From Catajapyx aquilonaris (lineage: Eukaryota): 48,265 nucleotides of DNA. Every line of letters begins with the position of its first letter. Within the stretch, counting starts at the first letter, position 1. The position numbers were made by a program, and so were the translations under genes. Below are positions 11,304-24,515 of this stretch, one piece after another. Location: the NCBI GenBank assembly GCA_000934665.2, contig JYFJ02000747.1, forward strand, positions 62,001-110,265, given 5' to 3'. The notes beneath the pieces were generated by a model. The model was given only the letters and a program-made list of their open reading frames with translations, was not told the DNA's origin and searched no databases.

Positions 11304-11389
11304 CGTAATTGTCACATCCTTTTCCAACCCAGCAAGGGTCACACACACAGTTGCCATCAGTGCCGCACTTTCCATGGAGGCACGTAACA
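11304..11389 (-). CDS. Exon B: (S)VTCLHGKCGTDGNCVCDPCWVGKGCDNY; EGF-like domain C2-C6
   Basis: Acceptor atttctttgcag|T, donor ACG|gtgagt, 86 nt, phase 2 to 1. C..HG.C.....C.C...W.G..C EGF pattern. Absent from the ORF track because it is short. Confidence 0.92.
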
Positions 11390-12139
11390 CTGCAAAGAAA
11401 TGACAATATCATCCGCATATATCACACAGAAATTCAGCACAGTTTGCACTCCAATAAATTCCAACAACCTAACATCAGCATTTGAACATATGGTGAAGGC
11501 AAATATTATGCAGATCGCCATATGCAACCCCCNCCCCCCCCCCCCCCTCCAAGAGCTCTTTTCATTTCGACCACGGCTGGAATGAAAGTAAAAGCAGCAG
11601 CCTTTTCCAATCCCATCACGCTTATAGTCTTGTTACGAGAGCCTTCAAGATGCTCTTTCATGTCTTCGCTATCTCGTTTAGGAGCCGGAGGTAGTCGTAA
11701 ATCTGTGGTCCAGCCCTCCCCAGAAGCGCTTCCTCCTTCAAACCTGTCCGGGACGCACCCCTTTTATGGTTGCAGATAGCTCTTCTCCATTCTTTCCCCT
11801 ATTTCCCAGACTAAGATCGCCAAGTGACCTCTTTGTCCCTTACCGGGGATAAGGTAATGAGACTGCTGCGGGGGCCCTTTACTTCGTCTTTGCAGGATAG
11901 ATGGCGCTACTTTTCTCGGTCGGATTCCCGCTCATTAGTGACTTGAATTGGCCAATCAGGGGCGGTTTGGAAACGACAGAAGGTCGACGGAGTTTAATAT
12001 TAAAGGCACGAGGTAGTAAGGACCGCTGATCCGGTTGATCAATTAAATGCTCAATGCTTGGTAAAGAGTGATCAAAATGTGTCAACAATTAATAACAAAT
12101 AATTCCGGCTCTTTTCCAGCCGGTAAGAGTTGTGATGTA

Positions 12140-12263
12140 CCCACGTTGGACGCCATTGTCATGGAGTACCTGCCAAAAATCATAATTGCGGTCCCACGTT
12201 GTGCGCCATTGTCATGGACTATAACTGCCAAAAATCATCATTGCGGCCCCACGTTGGGCGCCA
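12140..12263. repeat. Tandem repeat, 53-55 bp unit, ~2.3 copies
   Basis: cccacgttg(g/t)(a/g)cgcca starts at 12140, 12193 and 12248. ttgtcatgga...ctgccaaaaatcat..ttgcgg follows the first two. Confidence 0.85.
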
Positions 12264-15200
12264 AATTATTGCGTATTTACCATATACATGTAACTAGGTA
12301 CGAGTGTAGTACAAAGCGAATCTCAGAGCCGCCATCACTAATTAAATCTAAATTAATGTTTCATGACGTCACTCACCGCGTCATGTTAATTTCAGCAGTG
12401 AGGCCCCATACCTTCTACCCCTCTCCTAGCATGGACTTGCGGTGATTATGCTGTCAGAATGAGACAACGGACCTGAGGTAATTTAAGATGTCAGACGCAG
12501 GGTCAACAAAAAATGCTTGAAGGCCCCCTGCACACATATCCCTCCCAGTGGCGGCGGGCTTGAATTACCGTCATCCCCCGCCACCCCCTACCCCCCCACC
12601 TGCTGAGAATGCAGGCAGGGATGCTCCGGTAATTAGCAATAATGAAAACAGACGGCTTAATGTCCCAGACAGCACCTGGCCCTGCACACATTAATTATTT
12701 TCCCTACCCAACACTAGTGCAGATCCACGGCTACTCCTTTGTTCCCAGAGGAATATGAGTATGTGGCCCTGGACTTTTTTAAGGCCAAAAATGGCATTGT
12801 TGAAGGAGATGGGCTTGACTGTTTTGCCGCGAGAGAGGATTATCTCGGGGCGTATCAAAACTGCAAGGAAAGTGTGGGGGCTTATCTAGGTGGATAAAGT
12901 TTCTAGGACTTGACAATAGGACGGGGAGTTTTCGGGAATGGGTAGGATTTTTTTTGGGAGAAAGTTGCACCTGTGAGGTGCTACAGTCTGTGGTAATGTC
13001 TGCTGCAGGGAAGTCATTACATTACGGTGGTGGAGTATATATAAAAAAAATTCATCAGGGGACATGTACAAGTACGAATGACATTCAGCAGATTTGTCCT
13101 GTGTGTATAAGTTGCATAATTCGGCACAATTTCAAGTTTGATAAGGGCGAAAGTGTGTCCAACAAATGATTGATTTCATATGTTGGCTAGAAAGACACCA
13201 TGCAAAAATGACACGATTTTCATAATTCATATTTTTTCAATTATTCATTCGGCTTAAAAAGCGACAATATTGTAATTTATTTATGCGGATCACCTTTAGG
13301 CGTGAACCACGCTTTACAGTGTACATTAATTCAAATCATGGCATTTTCACAATGGAGAGTGGGCTTCCAGCAGCGAATATAATGAAACTTTTCTGTGGCC
13401 TTTGTAATCCCCACACATTCAAAAAATTGGCACATGTCAAACCCAATCAGGTCACTTTGTACAATAAATATGAATTAAACCAGTTTCATATTCGCCATAC
13501 ATAGCAACAACTTTAACGCGGTTTAAATTCCAGTTTTACAGAGATTGGTTATTTGTACAACACATATTGTTAAGCTTGTTTCCTACGCCAATTTTTTTTA
13601 TTGAATTCGTGAGAATCGTGTCTTATTGATACCATTCAAATGCACAAAGCCCACAGCAACTAAGCGTCTTGTATTTGCTAACTCAGCTACTTGTCTTTGA
13701 CAAAGCCTGACTTCTCGATGCCAAAATTGCATTACGCGAAACTCCACGCGACAAAATCAAATCCCGATCAATTTAGCATCCACCGTCTTTCCCATCGGTT
13801 TTGTTCTCAGTTCCTAAACCTTAGTCCATATTACTTTCCAAAAGCGTGGCCATATCTGGCAAAAGCTCAACCGCGACCTTAGCTTATGAAACCGCAATGA
13901 GAAATCAGACGCCTCCTTTTCCTCCGCATCTCCAAAAAGGCAACTTCAAATAGAATTATTTCCCCCCCCCCCTTATCCTTTCCTGGATGTCTATTAATCT
14001 AATTCCAGTCCCCCCAATTATTGAGCCACGCTTAAACGTCATTATGGCAAAGTCACTTTAAAAATGGAAAGCGAGTCCGGCAGAAAACCCTAAATTAGTC
14101 AAGCCTTGACTAGTCTCCATCTCCAAAAACCTGCACAATGCCATTTTAGAATCGGTAATGAAATAGTCCTTGTTCTTTAATTAACACCATTCATTTCTAT
14201 TCATGATCTGTCAAACGCATCGTATTAGGGCACGTGTAGCCGAAAAGCGTGGATAGCCATGAATATGCAGCTAATTATTAACCACGACGTTACTCGTCAT
14301 GGTGTCAAAATCTAGCCCCGAATATGGAACCCAGTTTTGTAAAGCCTCCNCCCCCCCCCAAAGGGATGTAGAGCAAGACAAGCACATTTGCTTGCGAATA
14401 GCTTGCGTTTCCACAACCTGCCGACTTTCTTAAGAGACACGTCTAGCTCCGAGGTTTTCTACTATCTTTTCTAACTTTCCCACCACGGTGACAGTTAGAG
14501 GCCTCCCTGGTGCTTGTCACTTACATTTTGGCCAAAGTGAGGGAAAGTTAAGGGGGGTAGCTCAAGTTCGGGTTGATCGATATCGCGTATTTAGTATCAG
14601 TTTTCGAGTTGAAAGCCCGGAGCGGACTTTGGAAGAACTCGTAAAGTTTCGTTAGGAATATACATTAAAGGTGGAGTAATTATGAAAGTGCTGTAATTTA
14701 GGGAGTCTGAAGTGTGCGGGTTAAGTATCGAAAAAAAAAATATATGAGCTGAAGTTAGAAGCTTGAGGAAGTTTATGATTGGCCCAAATTATAAAGCAAA
14801 CATTGATGGTGCTATCTTACAATTGGCAGTTCATTCAACTGGATTCAGTCTCAACCTACATTAAGCAAAGTGGCCACTTATCCCAAAGCCCTCTAAATTC
14901 AGACAACAACCATCCGCCAAAATGCAGGCAACAAATTAGCATCAGGCATGGCTGAGCAAGATGATCTTAAAGGGCCGGAAACTTAGCAATATCCAAAGGC
15001 ACTTGGCTGGAATAATGCAAGCGACACCGCATAATAAATGTTGGAAAGTTCAGAAATGATTAGAGGTTGCTAGAAGCCTGACGCCATTTTAAGTGTGCCA
15101 CATTTCCTGTCGGAAAGAAACATTATGATTCGTTGTCTGACTCCGAATCTTGCATTTGACTCAACTGTCATCTCTCTTGCTAAGATTTCCGTCTCTTTGT

Positions 15201-18200
15201 CATAGACAACTAGCTCGGTACAGATCCTGCCAACATAGGACGGGGAAAGGGGGTGAAGGGGAAAAGAACCGTTAGGCCGTTAGACCGTTAGGGGGAAAGA
15301 GGGAAAAGGGGAGACTAGGCTGCATGCTGTCTAGCCTAGAAACATTCGCAAAAAGTTCTGGCAAAAGGTTAATAATTCACTCTGATGTACCACCTTTTTT
15401 GTGCCACCCTTCTCATGGAGTTATTAATGTCCGGAGGGTTACAAGGACGCGGTTTTTTGCAGGGGGGACAAATTCCTGGCAAATTCTTACTAACAAAGGA
15501 TGGGCGAGAGTTAATTTGACAGGCCTGCGATAATGGGAGCAAATTCCAATGTCAGCCGTCACTGGCTATGTGCCTCTGTGAGGCATGTTTTATACCCCAA
15601 GTTGTTGTTGGATATAAACCCTAAAGAGGGGGTTTCAGCAGTTTTTGGGGGGATTTCATTCGCATAAATATTTAAAATATTGGGAAAAAAGTGCGAGCCA
15701 GCAAAAAAACATCAACAACATACATATTTCAAGCTGCTTTATCGTTTATTGTCAGTTTTTGGGGCTTTTATGCAGCCACATTTTTGGCCATAACAAAGCA
15801 GTGCCAATTTTTTGTCGCGGCAATATGTAACTAAGCTGCTTAAAAATTTTGCATAGGTTACAATGGCTTTTCTGAATCAGGCCATTGCTTATTTTTGTGT
15901 ACATGACACATGAAAGTAGTACAATTACAGTAAATGACAACCATGTTCGCTAATTGGCTGATTATATCCATAACTGTCTCAAATACGACATTCGTATGAA
16001 CTCAGTGACTATTGAGCCTGAAACATTCCATATGCCAACATATTTTTATATAAAAATCCGCACTTTGAAAGCAGCAGAGTAGCCTCCCCCCCCCCCAAAA
16101 AAACAACTTTGCACCGCCCCTTCCAAAAAATTGTCCCGAAAAACTCTGGAACGAGACAAGCAAAGCGCGAAGCCCCGAGATAAACGAGGAACATCCCATC
16201 CATCACACATTTTAAACGCGTCTTCTCTCGCCAAGACGCTCACAAAGGCAGAGGCAGCGAGAAAGAATGAAAAGAAGAAGAACCCCCAGATTGTTCCAAC
16301 TTGTTATTCCGCTCCGATAGAGCTGGGCCCCCGGTTTTTGGAAGACCCACAAAGACATATGCAAGTACAAAAAGCGATCCTCATTGCCACCAACCAGACT
16401 TTTTTTTTTTTTTTACTTCTTCAGTCAGGTCACAGGCATGTCGATCAAGTCTTCAAATTGAAAGAGCTGGGTTGGCAGGTTGACATGGGTTGTTCAATGA
16501 AAATAATGAGATGAAACACAGGCATTGTTGCTTGTGTTAGGTCTATTGTTGTGCATCTGAACAAATGATGTCTATACCTTTCAGGTAGGCTAATTGTTAG
16601 ACAGTATGGAACAAGTATTTGATTAGGGAATTGCACATCGAGGTTTTGCTCAACGTTAGCTATCTAAATCGAGTTAGTGTAATAGCACTTTTTATAGGCC
16701 TTTTTTGGCGCTAAATCTATTTGGGCCAGATTTACGGATGATGAAATTCGAGGCTGAGAATGAAAACTGGGGGAGTTACTGTATTATGTTACAAGTGGCT
16801 TTAATTTTTCCACACCAGATTTCCTCTTCGGGGCAACGAGGTATTAGCGGAAAACTTGCGCCCATTTTGCCTCTAACGAGTAATTTAACTTTGCCAGCAC
16901 TTACTCTCTTGGAGTACAGTCGCTAGTTCCTAAACACAACATAATAGATGCATTAGCCTGTTCATTCTGAAAGTAAAGTACGTTTCCTTTAATTTGCCAT
17001 TGTAAAGTGTGAAGAATGGTTGAACGCTCTATTTTGGTTCCAAAAACATCTAGGAAGTACTCCAGTTTAAATAACTACATTCACGCTTTCTAGTTGGAAA
17101 TTGCATTCTCAAATCACTTTTTGGTTCAAGGTCCGCAATATTTGGCAAAAATGTAACTGCAAAATTGCTGTCTGAAAAATGGTATATATCAATTCATCTA
17201 GACTCTATATGCTGCACGGTAGAGCGTAATATAATGCACTTCAGGTCTCTAATAGTCTACGGAAAATATCGTACATATTGCTCCAGTTGCCTTCAGGTTG
17301 ATTGATTTGTCCGTAGCATGACGGAGAGATTACTTTCTTGGTCTATATTCACTATAGGTGCTCCTGGATGTAATATGCATTTTATAGATGCTGTCGTTTT
17401 ACCGATAAATTCTTTTTTCATGACTACCGCTTATGCTTGCCGACCTTTCTTGCAATAATAGGTCATTTTGTGTGAATTACATTCTTATCGCATCACATTA
17501 TTTTTGATGTGCAACTTATGCAAGACACTCTTGCAATGAGTTATTATTGAAGTTACAACATGCCGCAAATTTCGCAATTCGCATGTGCATTGGCATAATC
17601 GACAGCCTCCCCGAGTGGAAATTTCTACGCCAACTAGGGTATAAAACACAGGCTACAACGCCAATTCATAAGAATGGAAATCTCACCCACCTAAAGAAGA
17701 ACCACCATTATGATGAGCAAGCACGAACATCAAAATCATTTACAAGCCGTTAAACTGCGGTCAACACTTTGCATCAGCAAAGCTTGTGGTGATTAAAACG
17801 AACTAGTTAGAATGATAATCCCATTAATATTCACTGCTAGACGGCACCACATTGTAATACATCAAAATGCTATGCCCCCTCTTGAAATTCCATCCACGAC
17901 ATTCACTCCACTTGATTTGACAAGTTCGACAATATTCTAAAGCGAAGGGGCACCTCCCCACTAAATGACAGTTGAGCTCTGTCTCTGGCGTAGAACCCAT
18001 TCTACCCACTCAAAATGATGATCCTTGATACGGAGCTTTCCAAGCGTCTCCGGTTGCAAACTTTCCTCCAATTACGACACGCCTTATCTCTCCGGGGTTT
18101 CCCCGTGACTACGAACCGTGGCCAAACTGCCATCAGAAATGAATGAAGCTGGGTCAGCATCAAGTGGCTCTGCTTTATTCATCATGCTCCTCTTAAGCAA

Positions 18201-20935
18201 TTGTTTGATTGCCTTTTAGTGTGTGTATATGTATTATGTAAAGTAGTAATGCCCGTAGCATAACGTGGAAATGTCTGACATAGAGGCTTTACCTCATTTT
18301 ATCCGGATTTCAAAACAAGCTGCCAGTATGAGGCAATCATGTAATGTGTTTTCATTTTGTCTGCTCGCTTTTACAGAGGGAAATATAAATGCTATAATAT
18401 CTCTGTGGGGTGTGCAATTGCGTTAGAGGATATTGCTCATTTTAACAATCACTGTAGCCCAATCCTATTTAACATTATCATATAAAAGGCTCTTACTAAG
18501 GCTTTCGCTGTAATTAAAATTTCTGGAATATATATGACTTTTGCAGAGTTATTAACGACCATGTGTGCTACACAGAAGTATTTGGACTATTGTTTACAAA
18601 AAGCTCATAATTTCACTGGCAGTGTTCATACGAGTACTAATATACTATTGAAGGTCCACTGCTCTTTTACATACTGCAGAAGTCATTAAATCAAGTAGCT
18701 AATTGCAGACTGGCACATATGGCATATAAACAAATTGCCACTTCCCACTTTTCATTACAGCAGTAGTCCTAACAGTGCCATTATTAACGAAAAAAAACAA
18801 GAGAAAACAATCCAGAAAAGGAATACCTAATGTAACTACAGTGTTTCTTTGATACATTTCACATCAACAAATTAAAGTAAATAGTTAAAGTCGAGTATGT
18901 AGTAACATCATATGACCTGGTCTTTTGAACGCTATACCCTTTAGGCTTTAGGGAACTAAATTCTGAATAATAAAAAAACGAAAGCAAAGCCCATCTCCGG
19001 TGAGACACGAGAGGTAAAAAAAAAAACCCCCGTTCTCAACGACGTGCAAAAGCAAGAGCTCCATTAAACTAAAAGCCCATTAAACACGAGAGTCAGTATG
19101 GCGTTATACTCCATGGCAAGAGGTTCAAATACAGAGCTGGACTAGGAAATTTTGGGTTTCAAGAGGAGATGCAGAGGCCCGTAGAAGATCAAGTGGCAAG
19201 AGAGGATATGCGATCTTTCAGAGAATTAGATTTTCGAAATGATGTGAAGTGGATATATCGTGAAAATCTGGTAGAGAAATGTGTAGTGCGGTAGGGATAG
19301 TTATTAGAGTGGCAGATTATGGTTAACTCATTATTTACTTACAATTATGAGCAGCAAAATATTGGAAGCCATTAACATTCAGTTTATAATGATGTAATAG
19401 TAACGGCATAATAATTAGCCCATTCGATTGGGTTATCTATAATAATTGTTGTTTTGCTTTAATGATGGATTAAATATTACCACATTAGCCACAGGTGATT
19501 ACATTTGATTAATGAATTTTAGCTCAGTAAATATGGCCTAAAATATCCCCTGCTTGTTGGTTAAGTTTATTTTTTAAAAATTAAATTGAAAAGTGCAAAA
19601 TCCTATATAATTGGTATGCAAGTCGACATTCTCGTGTTGTGAGCTTCTTACATTTTACTGAGCCGGAGTAGCGCTGTAATATAGCGTATATTGCAAAGTC
19701 AGAATGTATTCTAGCGGTTTGCTCATAAAACCGCTTCGTTCAGATCAACATTATAGGGCGAAACCCGTGTCGTAATCCAATAAAAAGAGCACAATAGTGG
19801 AGTTGCTGCCTCGATTTCGTGCTTTTTGCCCTCGCAATCTGCGACAGAGGAATTCCAAGGATTCCGATCACTTGCCCAGCCACTCTAATAGCTGCTTTGG
19901 AATGCGGATAGTGGTTGAAAAGACCCAGGGAAAACTTTGGAATAGAAGATACCTCCTCCTTTGCAAACTGCCATTTTCAAGGAAAATCGCCTCTTTTTTT
20001 TTGTAAACCCCCCCCCCCCTTCCCAGTCTGCCAATTTTAAACATTGAAGCGACGGTACTTAAGCTCGGGTCAAATAGGATCGTTTCTTGCAAAGAATCCC
20101 AAGAATTTCGAAACAAAGCAAGTCATTTCGGAGTGGAAGGTTGGGCCTGATGTCATCGCCAAGTTTACTGCCACTCACCCGCCCTGCGTTTTAATCTCCG
20201 AAACTTAATGAAAGTCGTGAATCAGAGTCGGCGAAATACCAGGCTTGCACACAATTTGCAAAATTACAAGGCAACCATCTCCCTCCAATATATCCAAGCG
20301 CTATCTACTTTCGCAGCAGAGCAATGTTGGACCACAAGGCGCTCCTTCTACTTACAATGTTTCCGCAAAACCACGGGATGCGGACATTTACATGCACAAA
20401 GTGCTTGCACTTAATCACATACAAAACGCACGATGCGTCCCTATATAAGGCGAGGAACTTTATCTACGACTGCAGGCGGTGGCCAAAATATTACGAGGCA
20501 TTTGAGCGTCTTCTTGAGTCTGACCAGTGCAGTCCAGAAACATATAGCCCCACAGGATTTAGCAAGAAACAATATATGCAAATATTGTTTAACATGCCTC
20601 CAATTTATTATCTCACTGATTCTGAATATCCGGTCCGTTTTTGGTAGCAAATACACCATATTAAAGCGTAAAATTTCAAGTCAAATTCGATTAAAAAAAA
20701 AACAATCAGCGCCTCTAGCGGCAAGGATGGGAGCTCTAAGCACGAGAAAAGATGGCCGCCCTCATAGCGACAAACCATGTGCAAGGCAGATTTTTGTGTT
20801 TACGACCCGAGCGGAACCCGCCCCGGGTGCCAAGGGCCATGGGAAGGCAGGGGAGGATGAGAAGGGCAGGGCGGAGGGAGGACGAGTGATCGGGACATGC
20901 GGTCGTGTGATGCCCACGGCGAGATACTTCCGTAC

Positions 20936-21304
20936 CATGGTCTTAGAATACTAAGGTCTGGACACTCCCTCTTATCGCCTGCCGGGGCTTATCGCCTGAG
21001 GTGCTCACTTGAGAGCGCCATGAGACAGCTTTTCATTGCGCTATTATGTGGAGACCCTACCCGACTACGCTGAACTAAGGTAGAAGAGAAGCCGCTACAT
21101 GCGGGTCCAACATGGCCGCCGGCGACCATGTTGGGTCCCCCAATGTAGCGCTTCCCTTTTGTACCTATAAAGTTCAGCATAGTCCGGTAGGGTCGCCGCA
21201 TAATAGCGCCGTGAAAGGTCTAATGGCGCTCTCAGGCGAGCACCTCATGCAAAACGCCCCGGCAGGCGATAAGATAAGATTGTAAGGGAAGTGTCCGGGG
21301 ACTG
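20936..21304 (+). mobile_element. Fold-back non-autonomous DNA transposon, family A, copy 1 (369 bp)
   Basis: 8-bp TSD ttccgtac (20928-35 / 21305-12). Ends CATGGTCTTAGAATAC...GTGTCCGGGGACTG. Interior is one long imperfect palindrome. Three more copies in the window. Confidence 0.92.
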
Positions 21305-22400
21305 TTCCGTACCAGTTCTAAACTTACCGGTACCAAGACGGGTAGTGTCGCGAGTTGCCCACAACCACATTTATTCGCTTCGTATACATGAAGCATTCAC
21401 CGAAGTGCGTCTCGTGAGTCCTGACACCCCAGCATCCACGCCATCTCCTGGCCTAACTCCCAACTGGCCAACGCCATCTAGTGGATGCGAGGTGTCACAT
21501 GCTACCTATGGGCCATTGTGTAGTATGCCTAATTGAAACCAATGAGCCAGAGGTTTTCATGACCAGGTAATCCTCATCTGAGGCACTGGCCAATCACGCC
21601 TAGGAGTTTGCCCCTGTTTTACACAAGGGTGTAAAAAGCTTCACATAAATCACTAATACAATCTAAATAACACATTGGCGCCACCTGACATCAGCTTGAA
21701 ACCAGTCGCAGTGATTCAATTACGTTTACCCGCAACGTTACAGCCCATCCAACGTTTTGGAGGTCAAAAAGCAGCAAACGAATCAGAGATAAAGAGCAGC
21801 TCTCCCTCTACCCTCCTTCCCATCCTCTCCATCCCCCTCTTTATCGATCAGAGGTGGGCTGCGGCTGTAAATCACAGGTTGCTAATTGGGTGTCTGTGGG
21901 CAATTGCCACTTTGCCAACCTTGCTCTCTAGGCTGCTTGCTGCAGAGGCGCCCCCAACCCCCCACTTTTTCCAGGGGGCGCCACTAGGGGAGGGCGCCAT
22001 TTGAGCTAAGTCACGTCGGGAGAAACGATTGATTGGTCCAGGGATCTGGTAATGGGTTCGCCACCCAGTCTGCCTCCAGGGGGTGCGCCCCTGTGCCCAA
22101 GACACACAAAAAAAAGGAAGGGGAAAATAAAAATGCAGTTTGGAGGGCGGAAATGGCCCCTGGAGCTTGTGGTGTTGGGGGTCAGCCTGAGGGAAGCCGC
22201 AGTTATTGGGGGTGTGTCAGAAAGGAGGATGAACTATAGCCTAAGTTGGAAGGGGTTTAGGTGGTGATCTAATGTGGTTTTGGTGTAAAACTGGATGATA
22301 GTTTGAATTTTAAAATTGAAATATTTTGTTGCGACCCATTTTTTGCTCAAAATTTAATTAAGCGGATTGTACATTTCTAGAAAAGTCATAATAGGCTTAC

Positions 22401-22488
22401 CTGGAGCACGGGCCGTACAGGCATTCTCCTCCTTGGGGAGAACAGTACTTCAAACGTGAATCTCGCTCAAAGTCCGGCAATGACAGGC
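22401..22488 (-). CDS. Exon A (most 5' identified): (G)LSLPDFERDSRLKYCSPQGGECLYGPCS
   Basis: Acceptor tctactttccag|GC, donor CAG|gtaagc, 88 nt, phase 1 to 2. Splicing to exon B completes the EGF pattern PCSSVTCLHGKC. Confidence 0.85.
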
Positions 22489-24228
22489 CTGGAAAGTAGA
22501 ACAAATATGAAGTCATAAAGCGTAGACATTAAACCTCATGTCAAAGTAGAACAAAATTTTAGGCACTTCTAAAGTAAGCATGTTCCCATAAACACAACAT
22601 TCTTCATAAATATTACATATGTTATTTCAAACTATTTTTATACAGTTTGTGATTGTTTACAGTTTGCTGAAATATCTAGCACTAGCAGTCTCTAGCAGCC
22701 CAGAAGCTAGGTCACTGAGTACTGTTGCTAGAGGAGAGCTCAGAATATAGCACCTCACATTCGTCGCCTACACCCCCCCGGAGGTCCTCTTATCTATTAA
22801 TGCATTGCAAATCCTCGGAACTTAACACAAAGTTAGCCCCAGCAGCCACTGAATGGCCTGAATTTTCCTGAAGGAGCGTGATGAGGTATGTCAGAGTTTC
22901 ATTAGGCACTTTGGCTCCTCTAATTTGATAGCAGAGCCAAGTGAGGCACCGAGCGGCCTAATGTTGCCCTTAATCAACTTGTTCACCTTTCAGCTCCGAT
23001 AAAGATGAACTATTGCTCAGAAGAGGATTCCCCGGGTGATATTTCCTGATGTACAGGGTGAGCAAGGTACTTTGAACCCATTGTTCGTATGATGCTTTTG
23101 GACCATCATAAATATTCTAATAGCATCACCAGTGCAGTGTACAACAGTGTAAATAAACTACACCGTTACTCTCGACAGCCATAATATGGAGCCCATGCCC
23201 GACAACCAAACTAGGCATGTTGAAGCCTGAAACAAAAGGAATGTTGGCAGCTCCGAAAGTACGGGATGCCCTCGCTTCCTTTTGTATTCGAAACTCGTTT
23301 AAGACCCAGGATCTGCTCGGTGGAGAAAAGTGGAGGTAAAAAATTTCCTAACAGGAAGAGAAAAACCTTTAGTTTCACTAGGGATATATACTGTGGGTAT
23401 AACTGCAGGTTTCCAGGTCCGCATAACCGCTGCAGCCTACCAAGTTTCCATTAGAGCACTTCGCAATTTAAATTATCTTCTAGAACCGCACTGCTACAGT
23501 GCGGCAGAGTTTACGTGACTTGCAACGCTGTTGCGAATTCAAAATGTGTAAATTTGGCGGGGGTTTTTCAAGTTTAATTATTTGCACAGAGTCCTTAAAC
23601 AGATGCCCCATTTTGCAAAAAAAAAACCTAGAAGTGTAGCTGTGCTTTTCTCAGGGAAAAAATGTGAAAATCATACCGTCTGAGATAAATGCATCTACTA
23701 TGGTAATTCAAGCCTCCACGTGGGATAAGCCTATTGGGCTTCATTTTCGTTAGGCTAGAAAATGTCTGTGCCAGCACCGCCAAATCCCGAGATATCTTGG
23801 GCCAGCAATGGGAAAATTATGCTCCACATTTCTGAAGGAACACAAGCCTTCTTCTGCAGCCTTCTTCCTTCTTCTTTTTGCCTCAACCTTCCTTAATAAG
23901 CGTATCGCGGCCGCCACACTCTTGAATGCAGAAGAGTAGGAGTTGGAACAGGATCCATCCAATTTCCTGCCGCAATCCTACTTTTGCTCGGCTTTGTCCA
24001 ATGGGCTAATTCTAGAAATATTGTTTCAGTATGGGGGAAGACGCACCAGAGGGCTCCTCTGCATGCAAAGTGCTACATTCCCAAAGGAAACAAATTAATG
24101 GCGGTTGTGAAATAAAATAATTTTCGACTCTGTAAACATGTTGCCAAAAATGTGTTCCACAAGTATGTATGCATATTTGGACACAAATGAAAAATTGGGG
24201 GATCGAAATTTATTGCGTAACACAAAAC

Positions 24229-24515
24229 CACCTATACGGTACGTATAGGTGGTGGTGTGGCGTATAGGTACAGTACGTATATGTGCACCTATACGGTACG
24301 TATAGGTGGTGGTGTGGCGTATAGGTACAGTACGTATATGTGCACCTATACGGTACGTATAGGTGGTGGTGTGGCGTATAGGTACGTATATGTGCACCTA
24401 TACGTGTAGGTGGTGGTGTGGCGTATAGGTACGTATATGTGCACCTATACGTGTAGGTGGTGGTGTGGCGTATAGGTACGTATATGTGCACCTATACGTG
24501 TAGGTGGTGGTGTGG
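24229..24515. repeat. Palindrome-containing minisatellite; units of 57, 57, 52, 47, 47 bp plus a partial unit
   Basis: Unit starts (cacctatacg) at 24229, 24286, 24343, 24395, 24442 and 24489. Confidence 0.95.

Noticed and set aside
12377..12472. Exon-like segment with a gtgagt donor upstream of exon B
   Set aside because: The phase-2-compatible frame contains a TAG stop. Exon A completes the EGF domain instead.
20195..20954. Overlapping plus-strand ORFs (107 aa and 173 aa)
   Set aside because: No recognisable domain or splice structure, antisense within an intron, and the longer ORF ends inside a MITE. A tBLASTn search would be needed to exclude a decayed TE or viral gene.
24095..24491. Repetitive minus-strand ORFs (PIRHTTTYTYR)
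   Set aside because: Minisatellite translation.
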